In this document: piece by piece, positions 61,964 to 64,000 of the stretch | How positions within the stretch are numbered: position 1 is the first letter of the stretch | Layout: the number at the start of each line of letters is the position of its first letter | Sequence record: PP813861.1 | Length of the DNA stretch: 64,000 nt | Strand: one strand, 5' to 3' | Notes under the pieces: model-generated | What the model was told of the DNA's origin: nothing | Databases searched by the model: none | The model's input: only the letters and a program-made list of their open reading frames with translations | Program-made: the position numbers and the translations under genes

Positions 61964-64000
61964 ATGCGCTTAAATATTACACAGTTTCTGAAAAATTATA
62001 GTGTACGCGAATATGCTAAACTTCAGTCACCTAAGTTGCATGCTCTAAATAAACTTGATCTACCTTTCGAATCCATTTATCAGTTCTTCGATGGTAATAA
62101 TGCAGTAATGGGTCCTAGTCAAACAGACCCATTATTCTCCAAACATCAAGGTAAAGTATATATTGAGCATGTTACTGATATGCTTACATTTGAAGGTAAT
62201 CCACGTAGGACTTCAAATATCCCAGCAACAATGATTCAAGAGTTTCGCCGCCAGAACCGTTTCTTTAAACCTTTACGCAGTGATACCGGTTTTAAATTAT
62301 CAAACCAGAACATTCTGGTAATGAATTATAATTTAATTAACCCTCAATGGAATTATATGGCTTCTTATAAAGCTACATGGTTCCGTTGGTCAAATGACAT
62401 GCGTACATTCTGGAGTGGCGTAGCGGCTGCATGTGAACGTTTTCCTGGTTGGAACCAGTTCATTGATGTACACTTACCTGAGTTAGTTCCACCTCCTTCT
62501 TCTTTTAATAAACTACGAGGGGGTTTAACTCAAGATCTAGCTAATCAATTCAATACACCTGATATTCTAAATATATTTGATTTAGTTCGCTGGGTTTCTG
62601 ATGATCGTGAAAGTTCTTTCATGAATGTCATCGATGCTAAGTATTACGGTAACATTAATCTTTTATTCCGTGTACAAAGTTCATTCTTTGTTATTAACTT
62701 AGGGATGCTTGATCAATGGCGTCGTGATCCAGAAATTAAAGATGATAAAGGTTATGATACCCAGCAAATAGCTAGGCGCCTTATTTCACTAGTATCAGCG
62801 ATGGTTGAATATAACCAAGGTAATACTTCATTAATTAAAGAAGATACGCCTATCTTTAATGAAGATATTATTGTTGATGAAGAAACTCCGGTTAGTTATG
62901 AAGAAGGTGAAGCAGAAGAGGTTGAGGATGTTGAGTCTAATAACGTTGAAGAAGAAGTAACTGAAGTTGATGTTATTGATGATGTTCAATTTGACCCAAC
63001 CAACTTAACTAACTTAATTGATATTGGCGCAATTGAGGTAACATATACCCCACCACCAGAAAGTGATCTTGAGGTAACAAAGCTTATCATTGAAAAAGAT
63101 CCACTGGAATCTTCACCTTCTCGCCAAATTAAAGAAGAGAAGGAACTCATTGTAACAGATGTACCAGAAGATGAGTTATTCATCAATACTGAAGTTGATG
63201 AAGAAGATAAACTAATCGATGCCATTAGAGCTAAAGCATACGACATGTATCGCGTGAATATGATTTCTGCGAATACATTCGAGCAAGCTCAAGAAGATTC
63301 GATTATGTATCGTCGTCTACCTGATCCATTTACCGATCCTAATGATGAATCAGTAGAACCTATGACGATCGCTGAGGCGATGGAATATCATCCAGATGAT
63401 CTTAAGATTCCAGAAGACACCACTTTTGAAGATAAGCCAACCATTGTTGATAAATCAATGTTGGGTAGTAAGTTAAAAGCCATCCAACGCAAATACAACA
63501 AGGTCTTATTAAAGAAAGATATTTTAAACAGTGTGTTATCTGTTCAGAAACAAGGCGTATCAGTAACTAATTACAAAATTGAAACTGTACGCGATTCTGG
63601 TAACCATTACCAAATCCACAAAGTTACATTAAAGCCTATTCGTGGTAGAAGTTCACAAGTAATGTTCCGTATCCCTGTCATTGATAATGACGGTAGGTTC
63701 ATGTCTAATGGGGTAACATATCGCCAACGTTTACAACGTGCTGATATTCCAATTCGTAAAGTTAATCCACGTAAAGTTGCATTGACCTCTTATTATAATA
63801 AGACCTTTGTGACCAGATCTGAACGTGCTGAAAACAACTTTGATAATTGGTTAATCAGAGCGATTACCAACCGTGCATTAGATGGAAGTGATATGTCTGT
63901 ACATTCAGTTACCTATGCTGAATTAGATCAATCCAACTATGTTCTACCAAGGGTGTACACTACTTTAGGAACAGCTTTTAAAGGCTTCCATAATCACCGT
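61964..64000 (+). CDS. virion RNA polymerase beta subunit, phiKZ gp178-like, partial (runs off right edge; not in ORF track)
   Basis: ATG 2 nt after the beta' stop (MRLNITQFLKNYS...); near the edge QRADIPIRK...VALTSYYNK beta-like motif; I did not verify every intervening codon. Confidence 0.85.
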   Translation, partial: MRLNITQFLKNYSVREYAKLQSPKLHALNKLDLPFESIYQFFDGNNAVMGPSQTDPLFSKHQGKVYIEHVTDMLTFEGNPRRTSNIPATMIQEFRRQNRFFKPLRSDTGFKLSNQNILVMNYNLINPQWNYMASYKATWFRWSNDMRTFWSGVAAACERFPGWNQFIDVHLPELVPPPSSFNKLRGGLTQDLANQFNTPDILNIFDLVRWVSDDRESSFMNVIDAKYYGNINLLFRVQSSFFVINLGMLDQWRRDPEIKDDKGYDTQQIARRLISLVSAMVEYNQGNTSLIKEDTPIFNEDIIVDEETPVSYEEGEAEEVEDVESNNVEEEVTEVDVIDDVQFDPTNLTNLIDIGAIEVTYTPPPESDLEVTKLIIEKDPLESSPSRQIKEEKELIVTDVPEDELFINTEVDEEDKLIDAIRAKAYDMYRVNMISANTFEQAQEDSIMYRRLPDPFTDPNDESVEPMTIAEAMEYHPDDLKIPEDTTFEDKPTIVDKSMLGSKLKAIQRKYNKVLLKKDILNSVLSVQKQGVSVTNYKIETVRDSGNHYQIHKVTLKPIRGRSSQVMFRIPVIDNDGRFMSNGVTYRQRLQRADIPIRKVNPRKVALTSYYNKTFVTRSERAENNFDNWLIRAITNRALDGSDMSVHSVTYAELDQSNYVLPRVYTTLGTAFKGFHNHR

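Overview
AT-rich, gene-dense segment of a phiKZ-like jumbo phage genome (Phikzvirus/Chimalliviridae, most likely infecting Pseudomonas), in reverse orientation relative to the phiKZ gene order. The right end holds conserved virion genes: virion RNA polymerase beta (partial, runs off the window) and beta' subunits, a 2241-aa tail protein with a lytic transglycosylase domain, and a 664-aa structural protein. The rest is mostly minus-strand accessory genes, with nucleotide-metabolism genes (tmk, dcd, thyA), an SF2 helicase/virion operon on the plus strand, an SspB homologue, an AAA ATPase plus a degenerate paralogue, a SLOG protein, a Zn deaminase, a DEDDh exonuclease and a DUF3307 protein. Accessory genes sit in cassettes bounded by strong hairpin terminators (many with a UUCG loop), often followed by a TATATTAC phiKZ-type early promoter; some of these junctions are exact repeats. 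Highlights: a Tad1-like nucleotide-signal sponge with an acidic N-terminal extension, encoded at the end of a structural operon; a candidate structured ncRNA at about 36.56-36.73 kb; and three disrupted genes clustered at 14.5-16.2 kb. No tRNA genes, CRISPR arrays or transposases were seen. Family and gene-number assignments come from motif recognition and recalled literature, not database searches.
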